A DNA stretch of 64,000 nucleotides from an uncultured Desulfospira sp. (GTDB lineage Bacteria > Desulfobacterota > Desulfobacteria > Desulfobacterales > Desulfobacteraceae): positions 6,368,001 through 6,432,000 of the forward strand of contig OY760175.1 in the NCBI GenBank assembly GCA_963663165.1. The letters are read 5' to 3'. Both the position numbers and the translations under genes were made by a program. The notes under the pieces were generated by a model. The model had not been told where the DNA came from and did no database searches. It was given only the letters and a program-made list of their open reading frames with translations. Shown piece after piece: positions 38,384 to 48,632 of the stretch. Within the stretch, counting starts at the first letter, position 1, and each line of letters opens with the position of its first letter.

Positions 38384-39736
38384 TCAGATCCTTCCGAAAT
38401 CATCGGCCAGACGTTCAATATCATCTTCGCCAAAATAGTCGCCGGTCTGAATTTCCATAAAAACCAGATTGTCCCGGCCGCTGTTTTCCATTCTGTGGAT
38501 GGCTTTTCTGGGGATATCCACAGATTGCCCGGCAGTCACCGGGACGGTTTTGCCGTCAAGGGTCCAAAGCCCTTTACCGCTGACGATATACCAGTGCTCA
38601 TCGCGGTACTGGTGGCGCTGAAGGCTTAAGCGTTTTCCCGGATAAACCACGATCTTTTTGTTCTTCACGGCATCCTCATCGGACAGTATGGTATAAAAGC
38701 CCCAGGGGCGGCGGTCTTCACGCCGGGTGCTCTCCAGGATCCGCTCATACACCCGGATATATTTTTTAACCATGCAGTCGATGGTAAAGTGGTCCATCAC
38801 TGTTCTGCGGCAGAATTCACGGTCAATATCCCTGATGCGGTCCACCGCAGAGACAGCCTCATCTGTTCCGGAAACAAGAAATCCGTTTTTATTGTCCCGG
38901 ATCAGTTCGGGCATACTGCCCCGGTTGTTTGCAATGACCGGCGTGCCGCAGGCCATGGCTTCGATAACCGAAAGACCGAATGGTTCGTTAAAATTGATGG
39001 GGTGAAGCAGGGCATGGGCCTTGCCCAAAAGGTCATTTCTCTTATCGGGTCCAACACTGCCAAGATAAACCACAGAGGCATCGTCAATGAAGGGCTGGAT
39101 ATCTTCCCTAAAATAGGTGCTGTCCTGAATAATGCCTGCCATGATCAGCCTTCTGCCGCATGCCCGGGCGATGTCAATGGCCTCTTTGGCGCCTTTATCC
39201 GGATGGATGCGGCCGAAAAAGACCAGATACCCTTCCGGGTGGGCCTGAAAATGAAACTCCTTTATATCGATGCCGTGGTGAATGGTGTCAATATAGTCAA
39301 GGCCCTTAGCCCGGTCAGCATCGCTGATGGAAACGTAAAAGGTTTTTTTATTGTATTTGCGGTACACCGGTAAAATTCCAGGCGATGAAAAACCGTGGAT
39401 GGTGGTCACCATAGGGGTCTGGGTAAGGCCTGCATAGGTTAAGGGGAGAAAATCAAAGTTATTGTGAATGATATCAAACTCTTGGGCATGGTCAAACAAT
39501 TCAGAAATGTGAAGGCATTCGCCTACTTTGGGAATGATGTCTGAATCCTCTTCATATCCCTGGGAACAGACCGCATGAAGGGTGCTGCGCGTAATGGAAT
39601 CTGCCGTGGCAAACAGCGTGACGTCATGGCCGAGCCCCACCAGGGCCTCGGTTAAGAGGGAGGCCACTTTTTCCCAGGGGCCGTAGTGCCGAGGCGGGGT
39701 GCGCCAGGCAATGGGGGAGAGCATGGCAATGCGCAT
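38384..39736 (-). CDS. GT4 glycosyltransferase fused to a type II mannose-6-phosphate isomerase-like cupin
   Basis: PPRHYGPWE and EPFGLSVIEAMACGTP; C-terminal RPWG, LSLQRH and EIQTGDYFGEDDIERLAD. Confidence 0.9.
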   Translation of the reverse strand: MRIAMLSPIAWRTPPRHYGPWEKVASLLTEALVGLGHDVTLFATADSITRSTLHAVCSQGYEEDSDIIPKVGECLHISELFDHAQEFDIIHNNFDFLPLTYAGLTQTPMVTTIHGFSSPGILPVYRKYNKKTFYVSISDADRAKGLDYIDTIHHGIDIKEFHFQAHPEGYLVFFGRIHPDKGAKEAIDIARACGRRLIMAGIIQDSTYFREDIQPFIDDASVVYLGSVGPDKRNDLLGKAHALLHPINFNEPFGLSVIEAMACGTPVIANNRGSMPELIRDNKNGFLVSGTDEAVSAVDRIRDIDREFCRRTVMDHFTIDCMVKKYIRVYERILESTRREDRRPWGFYTILSDEDAVKNKKIVVYPGKRLSLQRHQYRDEHWYIVSGKGLWTLDGKTVPVTAGQSVDIPRKAIHRMENSGRDNLVFMEIQTGDYFGEDDIERLADDFGRI

Positions 39737-39760
39737 AAAATTTCCTTTATAGTGAGCCCC

Positions 39761-39838
39761 TTGACCAACTTTTATTGACCAACTTTTATTGATCAGGTTC
39801 TATTGACCAAGTTCTATTGATCAAGTTCTATTGATCAG
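39761..39838. repeat. 14-bp tandem repeat, about 5.5 copies (TTGAYCARSTTYTA)
   Basis: Direct reading; intergenic, overlapping the stop codon of the upstream GT4 gene. Confidence 0.9.
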
Positions 39839-42129
39839 GGAGAAGACTGATTCAACAGTTCATCCGCATAGAGTTTCTGCAGCGTCATCAGGGACAAAAG
39901 CCAGGCAAGGGTTGATTCCGCTCCCTGGTTCTGGTTGATACCGTCCACCATCAGGCCGTCCCGGCATCCTCCGGTCTTGGGGTCATACAAGGGCATGTTC
40001 AGATCATTGTGCCCCAGAAACCAGTTAAAACAGATGACCGCACGGTCAAACCATTGCCGGTCCCGGGTAATGCGGAAGGCTGCCGCACATGCCTCAACCA
40101 TGGTTTTGGCTTCGATGGGCTGCTGGTCAAACCTGGCCCGCTTCCCTTTTTTGCCATACCAGCCGTTGCAGCCCACCGGGGCAAAATGATGATCCGACGT
40201 CTGGATGGAGAGCAGCCATAAAAGACTGTCCAGGCCCATCGTCACCATTTCCTTATCTTTCATTCGGTGACCTGAAACCAGAAGGGCATGGGAGAGTCTG
40301 GCATTGCCATAGTTCAAGGTATCCTCGACCCAGGGCCAGTCCCCGGTCTTGTTTTCACAAAACTGACTGAATATTCTTTGGGCCAGAACATCCCTGATTC
40401 TTCTGGCATCACTGTCACCGAAGAATTTGTCCAGGTAGGCATCCAGACCCACCAGGCAGAATGCAACAGCCCTTGGGGACCTGAAACTTTCGGCCGCAAT
40501 CAATGCCTTTTTAAACAGAACCGTGCTCATGGCCAGATGGCCTGGATTTTCCAGAAAAGCCACGGCCTTACCCAGACACCAGAGGGCCCGGCCATGGGAA
40601 TCCTCGGATCCGATCTCCTCAACCCATTGCCTTTCATAGGTCATGAAGTTGCGGAACCGTCCGTTTTTTTTATTGTAGGCGTATAAGAGGAATCCTAAGT
40701 AATGGCCGCTCAAGGCATCCAGGCCAAGGCCGTTGGCCGGCAGATGTTTCTGGCCCATGGCTGCGGCCAGCAGCGCTCTGGCATTGTCATCCGTGCAGTA
40801 TCCATGACGTCTGTCCGGAATGGTATAATTGGCATGCTGGAGCATGCCGGTGTCATCGGTCATGGCTTTCATGTGGTCCAGCTTGATCTCGGGCAGGTCA
40901 AAGCGGGTAATGGCTTTGATGTGTGACACATAGGAATGCCTGGGTCTGGGATGCCGGATCCGGTTGTGCCGCACCTCGCTGAAGAGGTCGAGATAATTTT
41001 GACAGACTTTTGACCATACCGCATCCCTTGTGAATGTGTATGCTTTTTTCCGGATGGCATGCCGCTGGTTATCATCGCCTAAAAGCGCGTTAATCTGTTC
41101 TGCCAGGGCATTGGGGCTGTTGAAGGGGACAAGGTGCCCCCGGCCCTCTGCCAGCATTTCCTGCGCATACCAGTACGGGGTTGAAATCACGGCTTTGCCG
41201 GTTCCCATGGCATAGGCAAGGGTTCCGGAGGTGATCTGGGCCTCTTCAAGATAGGGGGTGATGTAAATATCTGCAATGCCCAAAAATTCACACAGCTCTC
41301 TCAAGGCGACAAAATTATTCTGAAAGATGACATGGTCGCTGATATTCAGCGTGTGAACCATCTGCTGGAGCATGATCCGATAGGCATCCCCGTTATTTTT
41401 CAGGACATGGGGGTGGGTGGTGCCCAGGATGATATACACCACTTCCGGATATTTTTCGATGACAGCCGGAAGTGCCTGGAGCACGGTTTCGATTCCCTTG
41501 TTGGGCGAGAGCAGGCCAAAGGTGAGCAACACCTTTTTGCCTTCCACGTCAAATTTGTCTTTGTGAAAACTGGAATCGATAAAGGGCATGTCCGGAATAC
41601 CGTGGTGGATAAAGGCGATTTTTTCCCGGGGAATCCCATAGATCTCGTGGAGAAAACGTTCCGCCTTTCGGCTCATGACCACCAGTTTATCTGACAACTC
41701 TCCCAGCTTGACCATCACGCTGCGGTATTCGGGGGAGGGATCTTTCAACACGGTATGCAGTGTTGTCACCACCGGCATATGCAGATCTGAAAGAAGCTTG
41801 AGAACATGGCTGCCGGCAGGGCCCCCGAAGATACCGAATTCATGCTGAAGGCAGACAATATCGGTGTGGCTGATATTCAAGAACTGGGCGGCAATGCCAT
41901 AATCGGCCAATTTGTTCTGATTGATTTCAAAGCGTACTTTTTCAGGATATGCATACCCCTCTATACAGTCGTTCATGGCAACCGCCCAGCAATGGGTATT
42001 CTTTGCCCTGTCGGACAGGCCCTCAACCAGATCCCGTGTAAAGGTTGCAATGCCGCATTGCCTGGGCAGATAGTTACCGATGACGGCAACAGAATCGATC
42101 CCCTCAAAGGATTGTCCATTCGCTATCAT
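39835..42129 (-). CDS. GT4 glycosyltransferase with a large C-terminal domain
   Basis: PRQCGIATFT, QHEFGIFGG and SGTLAYAMG; C-terminal GYCTDDNARAL, FDQQPIEA and NQGAESTL. Confidence 0.9.
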   Translation of the reverse strand: MIANGQSFEGIDSVAVIGNYLPRQCGIATFTRDLVEGLSDRAKNTHCWAVAMNDCIEGYAYPEKVRFEINQNKLADYGIAAQFLNISHTDIVCLQHEFGIFGGPAGSHVLKLLSDLHMPVVTTLHTVLKDPSPEYRSVMVKLGELSDKLVVMSRKAERFLHEIYGIPREKIAFIHHGIPDMPFIDSSFHKDKFDVEGKKVLLTFGLLSPNKGIETVLQALPAVIEKYPEVVYIILGTTHPHVLKNNGDAYRIMLQQMVHTLNISDHVIFQNNFVALRELCEFLGIADIYITPYLEEAQITSGTLAYAMGTGKAVISTPYWYAQEMLAEGRGHLVPFNSPNALAEQINALLGDDNQRHAIRKKAYTFTRDAVWSKVCQNYLDLFSEVRHNRIRHPRPRHSYVSHIKAITRFDLPEIKLDHMKAMTDDTGMLQHANYTIPDRRHGYCTDDNARALLAAAMGQKHLPANGLGLDALSGHYLGFLLYAYNKKNGRFRNFMTYERQWVEEIGSEDSHGRALWCLGKAVAFLENPGHLAMSTVLFKKALIAAESFRSPRAVAFCLVGLDAYLDKFFGDSDARRIRDVLAQRIFSQFCENKTGDWPWVEDTLNYGNARLSHALLVSGHRMKDKEMVTMGLDSLLWLLSIQTSDHHFAPVGCNGWYGKKGKRARFDQQPIEAKTMVEACAAAFRITRDRQWFDRAVICFNWFLGHNDLNMPLYDPKTGGCRDGLMVDGINQNQGAESTLAWLLSLMTLQKLYADELLNQSSP

Positions 42130-43722
42130 TTATCCCTCCTTGTCTGTCTGATCCGATTTTTCACAAATCATGGCCCGGGTGGTCAGCATAATTGATGCGA
42201 CACTGGCTGCATTCTGGAGGGCCAGGCGAACCACTTTTTTCGGGTCCATAACGCCGGCGGCAATCAGGTCTTCATAAACATTGGTTCTGGCGTTGTAACC
42301 AAAGGCGCCCTGACCCGCTTTGACCTTATCGATAACAACGGCGCCCTCAACCCCGGCATTATCGGCAATTTTTCGCAAGGGGGCTTCAATGGCCCTTGCA
42401 ATCACCCGGACCCCCAGTTGCTCCTCTCCTTCAAGGGTAAGCGCCTCAAGGGCGGGAAGGCATCTGACCAGGGCCACGCCGCCGCCGGGGACAATACCTT
42501 CTTCAACTGCCGCCCGGGTGGCATTCAGGGCGTCCTCCACCCGGGCTTTTTTCTCTTTCATTTCAGTTTCGGTGGCCGCTCCGACATTGATGACGGCAAC
42601 ACCGCCAATCAGCTTGCCAAGCCGTTCCTGAAGCTTTTGCCTGTCATAGTCTGAGCTGGTCTCTTCGACCTGGGCGCGGAGCATTTTGACGCGGCCCTTA
42701 AGGGCTGCACCGGACCCTGCCCCGTCAACAATGATGCAGGTGTCTTTATCAATAAGGATGCTTTTTGCCTGCCCCAGATCCTGCAGGGTGATATTTTCAA
42801 GTTTGATTCCCAGATCCTCGGAAATAACCTGCCCGCCGGTTAAAACGGCAATGTCCGCCAGCATCTCTTTTTTCCTGTCGCCAAAGCCGGGCGCCTTGAC
42901 CGCTGCCACATCCAGACTGCCTCGGAGTTTGTTGACCACAAGGGTGGCAAGGGCGTCGCCGGAAACATCTTCGGCAATGATAAATATGGGGCGTCCCGCT
43001 TTTGCCGTCTGTTCAAGCACCGGAAGCAGGTTTTTCATGGCGGAAATGGGTTTTTCACAAATCAGGACATAGGGATTCTCAAGTGATACATTCATCTTTT
43101 CAGTATCGGTTATAAAATAGGGAGAGAGGTATCCGCGGTCAAACTGCATGCCTTCCACAACCTCAAGGGTGGTCTCGGTTGTTTTGGCCTCTTCAACCGT
43201 AATCACCCCTTCTTTTCCGACCCTGTTCATAGCCTGAGCAATAATATTGCCAATGGCCTCATCGCTGTTGGCCGAGATGGTGCCGACCTGGGCGATGTCA
43301 TTGTGATTTCTGGTGGGTGTCGCCATTGTTTCAAGGGTTTCAACGACTCTGACCACTGCTTTGTCTATCCCCCTTTTAATCCACATGGGGTTGTGTCCGG
43401 CAACCACCAGTTTCTGGCCGTTTTCATAGATGGCCCGGGCCAGAACGGTTGCCGTGGTTGTACCGTCCCCGGCCATATCAGCCGTCTTGCTGGCAGCCTC
43501 CTTCACCATCTGGGCCCCCATATTTTCAAACTTGTCCTGAATCTCAATTTCACTTGCAACGGTGACACCGTCCTTGGTGACCATGGGGGATCCCCAGGAT
43601 TTTTCAATGACCACGTTTCTGCCCTTAGGGCCCAGGGTCACCACAACGGCATCTGCAAGTGTTTTCACCCCCCGGAGAATGGCTTCACGGGCTTGTGCAT
43701 CATATCTAATTTCTTTTGACAT
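42130..43722 (-). CDS. groEL: Chaperonin GroEL paralog (no adjacent groES, no GGM tail)
   Basis: [29 protein letters not shown] and EEGIVPGGG; start MSKEI at 43722. Confidence 0.96.
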   Translation of the reverse strand: MSKEIRYDAQAREAILRGVKTLADAVVVTLGPKGRNVVIEKSWGSPMVTKDGVTVASEIEIQDKFENMGAQMVKEAASKTADMAGDGTTTATVLARAIYENGQKLVVAGHNPMWIKRGIDKAVVRVVETLETMATPTRNHNDIAQVGTISANSDEAIGNIIAQAMNRVGKEGVITVEEAKTTETTLEVVEGMQFDRGYLSPYFITDTEKMNVSLENPYVLICEKPISAMKNLLPVLEQTAKAGRPIFIIAEDVSGDALATLVVNKLRGSLDVAAVKAPGFGDRKKEMLADIAVLTGGQVISEDLGIKLENITLQDLGQAKSILIDKDTCIIVDGAGSGAALKGRVKMLRAQVEETSSDYDRQKLQERLGKLIGGVAVINVGAATETEMKEKKARVEDALNATRAAVEEGIVPGGGVALVRCLPALEALTLEGEEQLGVRVIARAIEAPLRKIADNAGVEGAVVIDKVKAGQGAFGYNARTNVYEDLIAAGVMDPKKVVRLALQNAASVASIMLTTRAMICEKSDQTDKEG

Positions 43723-44010
43723 CGTAAGTAAGCTCCATTTCTTTGACTGCTTGTTGGATATCCACCTTAATTTTTCGAACCAATTTTTCTGATCCACAGC
43801 ATTTTATTATCCCCCTCAACCTATGTTTTAAATGATCTTTGTTGTTTTGCAGCATGGCCGGGGCGTCCTGGTCCATGCCATGCATCTATCCCATCTGACT
43901 GGGGGCCTGTTCGCCGGTCATGGACCGTAAATATAAGGCCGGACAATTAGGAGGAGATAGGATCGGTCATCCCTGGAAGATCGCTTTGAGCAAAGGTTAA
44001 CTTTGTCACA

Positions 44011-44760
44011 TCATCTGCCCTGGAGCGTGATGCTAAATTTTTGCTCAAAGGCGCACGCGATGATTTGAGCCACCTGATGTTCCTGGGTAATGTGATCCAT
44101 ATGAATGACCAGATCGAATTCATCCGGGGATGTTTTTTCCCTGAGAAAAATATTTTTGAAAAAGTCATGGTGGTCATTATCAATGATCTTTAATTTTGCC
44201 TCTGCGTCACGGTTCCCTATACCCAGTGTATTGGCAAGTTTTTCAATCCGGCGCTTTTTGCTGCACACCAATTGTACCGATAGAATGTTATGACGGGGAA
44301 GAATCAGGTGGGTTCCCCGGCCAACAAATATCGTCGGTTCAGTATAAGATAATGCGGTAACCGTTTTTGCCAGCTGCTTGACATAATCGTTTTTAAAAAA
44401 TCTCTTTTCAATGGAGAGTGAGACAAGCAGTTCATTTATCTTTCCTGGAAACCGCTCATCAAAAAAGGCAATGATATACTCGGTGAGAGAAGAGTCCTTT
44501 GCCATATATTCGATAATCTCTTTATCGATCACACGGTAGCCTGTTAGTTTTGAAAGGGAATCCGCAACCTCCAGTGCACCGGCTCCTATCCCGCGGGATA
44601 AACAGATACACTGCTTTGGGGAAAAATGGCTGGCTGTTTTCAGTTCCGCCTGGGCCCGTTCCCATTGCCTGATTTGCGTACCGGCCCAATCTGAGGCGCT
44701 CATCATTTTTTTACCGTAATACCCGGGAGGGTACACTGTTTCTTTAGCTGTGCTTTTCAT
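44011..44760 (-). CDS. Cytidylate kinase-like family protein
   Basis: ICLSRGIGAGA, IDKEII, IFVGRG and FDLVI. Confidence 0.8.
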   Translation of the reverse strand: MKSTAKETVYPPGYYGKKMMSASDWAGTQIRQWERAQAELKTASHFSPKQCICLSRGIGAGALEVADSLSKLTGYRVIDKEIIEYMAKDSSLTEYIIAFFDERFPGKINELLVSLSIEKRFFKNDYVKQLAKTVTALSYTEPTIFVGRGTHLILPRHNILSVQLVCSKKRRIEKLANTLGIGNRDAEAKLKIIDNDHHDFFKNIFLREKTSPDEFDLVIHMDHITQEHQVAQIIACAFEQKFSITLQGR

Positions 44761-44802
44761 ATCCGCTTCTCCTTTAAGTGGGATGTCCTGGAACCTAACA
44801 GT

Positions 44803-44817
44803 TCACGTTACGTGCCA
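44803..44817 (-). promoter_or_regulatory. Sigma-54-like promoter with a degenerate -12 box
   Basis: Minus strand TGGCACG-TAAC-GTGA (GG-N10-GA instead of GC), about 45 bp upstream of ATG 44760. Confidence 0.5.
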
Positions 44818-44915
44818 GGACAGGATATCTGGGTGTAGACTTTTTAACCTATTGATTCATATGGAAAATTAGATTGAAATATGCTGCGGCACGTCTTTGT
44901 AAGGGGAAGAAAAAA

Positions 44916-44947
44916 GATCATATGGATCCAAACGGTCATATGTGACC
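44916..44947. promoter_or_regulatory. Candidate sigma-54 activator binding site (14-4-14), copy 1
   Basis: GATCATATGGATCC-AAAC-GGTCATATGTGACC, 99 bp from the -24 box. Confidence 0.65.
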
Positions 44948-44966
44948 CCCCCCCCCCCCCCCCCCC
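44946..44966. repeat. C21 homopolymer
   Basis: Direct reading. Confidence 0.85.
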
Positions 44967-45072
44967 TGCGGTATCTGCCGTCTTCCACACAAAAAGCATG
45001 GCCGGCGGCGGACACCCGGGAAAACCTTAACTGGTGGTGTTATGACAGGGTGTGGATCAACGTATCCTCAGG

Positions 45073-45564
45073 TTAATCGGCTGCCAGATTGATTTTTTTC
45101 ATCCGGATGATATGTTCAATCATCTTTTGTTCAAACTTTCCCTTGGCATCGGAGATGGCTTTTTGAATACCCAGGGCGGTAACGGTATCCGGAGATTTCT
45201 TGACAAGTTCAGCCTTCAGGTAGAGTTCTTTTTCATAAATCGTCTGCCTGAGGGTTTCCGTGGACTTGATAAACACTTCCTGCTCTGTATTCAGCTTTCT
45301 TACAATGACATCACTTAAATCTCTATTATATCCCGGGTATTTATTGGACCCGCCCGACATTGCCGTTTCCCGAAAACCGTATCGCATCATACCCTGTCCA
45401 TATTGAATGATTTCATCGGGATCCTGCCCTTCGTTACTCAGTGAACCATATCCGTCCCGGTGAATGCCTCGGTTTGCATCCTGACCAAAGGCATTAATAG
45501 GCGGCATAAAGATTAAACCGATAAACAGGGCCACAATGACTCTTTTAATACAATGACATTTCAT
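45073..45564 (-). CDS. Periplasmic ZraP/Spy-like protein
   Basis: Signal peptide; G/Y/M-rich segment; helical TETLRQTIYEKELYLKAEL...PD. Confidence 0.6.
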   Translation of the reverse strand: MKCHCIKRVIVALFIGLIFMPPINAFGQDANRGIHRDGYGSLSNEGQDPDEIIQYGQGMMRYGFRETAMSGGSNKYPGYNRDLSDVIVRKLNTEQEVFIKSTETLRQTIYEKELYLKAELVKKSPDTVTALGIQKAISDAKGKFEQKMIEHIIRMKKINLAAD

Positions 45565-45626
45565 TTTAAATTTCCTTAAATTTGTCCATAAATATGGATG
45601 TGTTGAAAAGACCTGAACCGTTGACA

Positions 45627-45818
45627 TCACTTAATTGCCGATGCAAAAGCCCCCACGGACACGGATATCCCGAACAGACTGCCCAGCCACATAACAAAGG
45701 CAATGACAGCGATAATGGTAAGCACCTGCCGGGCTCTTTTGCCCATGGGAACGTAATTGTTGGCCGCCCAGAACAGAACGCCGATAAGGATTAAAATTGC
45801 TAACTGTGAAAGGTTCAT
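45627..45818 (-). CDS. Small two-TM membrane protein (Thivi_2564-like)
   Basis: LIGVLFWAANNYVPM...VMWLGSLFG; AGGAG RBS. Confidence 0.7.
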   Translation of the reverse strand: MNLSQLAILILIGVLFWAANNYVPMGKRARQVLTIIAVIAFVMWLGSLFGISVSVGAFASAIK

Positions 45819-45853
45819 GGCTGCTTCTCCTGTTTTTTTGGGGGTTGGCCGCA

Positions 45854-46259
45854 TTATTTCTTATTTCCCAGATGAATGATGAGATTGATGTCATGGGTGT
45901 CAGGATCTCTTTTAACCTCAAACCCCATCTTTTTACCCATCATGATCATATTCCGGTTTTCCGCCAGCGCGCTTGAAGGCCGCATCATACACGGCGTCTT
46001 CCCCCGCCATGGCCACGGTGTGAATGGGGGTGGCGATAATGGCAAGGTCCACCCCGGGATCCAGATCGCATACCGATTTCACACACTCATATCCGTAAAG
46101 GGTGCCATACCTGGGATTCACAGGCAGTATCGTGCCGGTGAACCCGCCTTTCCTAAGGTTTTCCATCAGTGCGCACCCGATAGATCCCTTTTTTTCACTG
46201 ACCCCCACCACTGCGATTCGGCAGGGGTTGAACATGCTTTCCAGATGATATTGTCCCAC
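45854..46259 (-). pseudogene. Remnant of a bifunctional acyl-CoA ligase/GNAT (Pat-type) acetyltransferase with two large internal deletions
   Basis: N-terminal CoA-binding piece (MFNPCRIAVVG...DLAIIATP) joined to the mid-protein AMAGEDAVYDAAFKRAG, then the out-of-frame GNAT end LAENRNMIMMGKKMGF. Confidence 0.82.
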
Positions 46260-46280
46260 TTTTTTTACCCTTGGAATCCA

Positions 46281-46733
46281 TTATTGATTGTCATTCATGA
46301 TATCCCGGCCAAATTCCCTGACCGCATGGATCCATCCCTGTTTGAAAAACCGATATTCTTCAACATCCCAATCAGGGACGCAGGTTTTATTTACTGCTGA
46401 CCAGAGTTCTTCAAATCTGTATCTGAAATCATTCTTGAAATAGTCATACTGGTAGTCGTCCTGCCGGTTCAGGGTTTCTTCGGCATCGTCAAAATCCGAT
46501 GCATTGATTGCCACCCTGCAGGCGTCATCATTTGACATATTTTTAATCCAGTTTTCCCCTTCTTCTTTGCCGAATTCGATCCAGTCGTCTTTGCTGTCAT
46601 TGGTCAAGCTGTCATTGGTCAAGCTGTCATTGGTCAGCCGGTGTATTTTTTCTTGGGTTTTTTCATCATGCCCTCCCATGGTTTTTCTGGTCGCTGGTTT
46701 TTCTGGCCGCGTCACACTATTGCTGCCGCGCAC
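46281..46733 (-). CDS. Hypothetical acidic protein with a 3x LTNDS repeat; start uncertain
   Basis: ORF co-oriented in the cluster; 15-bp tandem repeat at 46593-46636. Confidence 0.55.
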   Translation of the reverse strand: MRGSNSVTRPEKPATRKTMGGHDEKTQEKIHRLTNDSLTNDSLTNDSKDDWIEFGKEEGENWIKNMSNDDACRVAINASDFDDAEETLNRQDDYQYDYFKNDFRYRFEELWSAVNKTCVPDWDVEEYRFFKQGWIHAVREFGRDIMNDNQ

Positions 46734-46761
46734 CCTTGCCGCCGCTCAACAATGGGTGCGC

Positions 46762-48618
46762 TCACATCATGGCTCTGAGTTCTTCCCCCCGGACGGTTTC
46801 CTGGATGGCGAGAAGTGCGGCCAGCTTATCCAGCAGCGCCCTTTTGTCTGAAAGGATCTTGTGCACCCGCAGATGGGCCTCCTCCATCATCAGTGAGACC
46901 GCTTCATCCATCCTGGCCGCGGTTTCTTCACTGTAATTTTTTTCAGAAGAATAACCCTGGGGCAGAAACACGGGGGTTCGGGGGCGGTCATAGCTGACAA
47001 GGCCGATCTTTTCATTCATGCCGTATTCCGCCACCATGGACCGGATGATGTCCGTTGCCCGCTGGAGGTCATTCTGGGCCCCGGTTGATGTCTCATTAAA
47101 TACCAGCTCCTCTGCCACCCGTCCGCCCAGAAGCACGGCCAGGCGGTCGAGCAGTTCAGACCGTGTCATCAGGTATCTGTCTTCGGTGGGCTGCTGCTGG
47201 GTGTATCCCAGGGCTGCGATCCCCCGGGGAAGGATGGATATTTTATGGACAGGGTCGGCAAGGGCAACGGATTCGGCCACAATGGCATGGCCGGACTCAT
47301 GAAAGGCCACAATCTCTTTTTCACGGGCATTCATCACCCGGTTCTTTTTTTGAAGCCCGCCGATCACCCGGTCGATGGCCTCGTCAAAATCACTGGGTTC
47401 CACCATGTCCTTGTTGCTTCTGGCCGCCAGCAGGGCACTCTCATTGACAATATTGGCAAGATCCGCACCCACAAAACCGGGTGTGCGGCCGGCGATCTTG
47501 GAAAGATCCACATCATCCCCCAGAACCACCTGTCTGGAGTGGATTTTCAGAATGGCTTCCCGGCCGTTGATATCCGGCCGGTCCACCAGGACCTGCCGGT
47601 CCAGGCGTCCGGGGCGCAGGAGTGCCGGATCCAGGATTTCCGGCCGGTTGGTGGCGGCCATGATGATGACCCCCTTATTGGTATCAAAGCCGTCCATCTC
47701 CACCAGAAGCTGGTTCAAGGTCTGCTCCCGTTCGTCATGGCCCCCCATGGCATTCATTCCCCGGGCCTTGCCCAGGGCATCCAGTTCGTCGATAAAAATG
47801 ATGCATGGGGCCTGGGCCGCAGCCTGGGAGAAAAGATCGCGGACCCTGGCCGCGCCAACCCCCACAAACATCTCCACAAATTCGGAGCCGTTGATACTGA
47901 AAAAAGGCACCTTTGCCTCACCGGCCACCGCCCTTGCCAGAAGGGTTTTACCGGTTCCAGGCGGTCCTACCAGAAGGACGCCTTTGGGGATCCGTCCCCC
48001 CAGTTTCTGAAATTTTTCCGGGGTGGTTAAAAAATCCACAACCTCTTCCAGTTCCTCCCGGGCCTCGTCAATGCCGGCCACATCCTCAAAAGAGACCCGG
48101 GTGTCGCTCTCTGCAAAAATCTTGGCCTTATTTTTACCAAAGGACATCACCCCTGAGCCGCCCATATTTTTTGCGGTGAACCGCCAGATCAGAAAGAGAA
48201 AGCCAAGGGGCAGAACCCAGGACAGAAGGATGCCCCAGAATCGGTTCTCAGTCCGGCCGGAATATTGGATCTTGCGCTCATCCATCTCTTTTGCAAGGCC
48301 CGGATCATTCACCCGGACGGTAACGAATTTCTGCCCCGGTGTCCCTTTGAAAATGCCTTCAATCTTCTCAGGACCTATCAGGATGTCATCCACGCTGCCC
48401 TCGGCCATGGACTGCTTGAACCGGCTGTAGGGGATCGTCTCTGCCCCGGGAGCAAAAAAAGACTGCTGCAGATAGAAAAGCCCCCAGAAAATGATGAGAA
48501 CCGTCCAAAAATTTAAAAGAGGAGTCCCGGGTTTCTTATCCGATGCGGCCTGTGTTCCGGCAAAGAGGCGGCGCAGTTTCTCCCGGATGGCGTTAATCGG
48601 ATCTGGTTTGTTTGACAT
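46762..48618 (-). CDS. ftsH: ATP-dependent zinc metalloprotease FtsH paralog
   Basis: Two TM segments, [29 protein letters not shown] and HESGH. Confidence 0.96.
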   Translation of the reverse strand: MSNKPDPINAIREKLRRLFAGTQAASDKKPGTPLLNFWTVLIIFWGLFYLQQSFFAPGAETIPYSRFKQSMAEGSVDDILIGPEKIEGIFKGTPGQKFVTVRVNDPGLAKEMDERKIQYSGRTENRFWGILLSWVLPLGFLFLIWRFTAKNMGGSGVMSFGKNKAKIFAESDTRVSFEDVAGIDEAREELEEVVDFLTTPEKFQKLGGRIPKGVLLVGPPGTGKTLLARAVAGEAKVPFFSINGSEFVEMFVGVGAARVRDLFSQAAAQAPCIIFIDELDALGKARGMNAMGGHDEREQTLNQLLVEMDGFDTNKGVIIMAATNRPEILDPALLRPGRLDRQVLVDRPDINGREAILKIHSRQVVLGDDVDLSKIAGRTPGFVGADLANIVNESALLAARSNKDMVEPSDFDEAIDRVIGGLQKKNRVMNAREKEIVAFHESGHAIVAESVALADPVHKISILPRGIAALGYTQQQPTEDRYLMTRSELLDRLAVLLGGRVAEELVFNETSTGAQNDLQRATDIIRSMVAEYGMNEKIGLVSYDRPRTPVFLPQGYSSEKNYSEETAARMDEAVSLMMEEAHLRVHKILSDKRALLDKLAALLAIQETVRGEELRAMM

Positions 48619-48632
48619 GGACAGAATCCTTT

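Noticed and set aside
43723..44010. groES, a CIRCE element or an N-terminal GroEL extension from 43797
   Set aside because: No GroES-like ORF or TTAGCACTC repeat is present; GroEL homology begins at MSKEI (43722).
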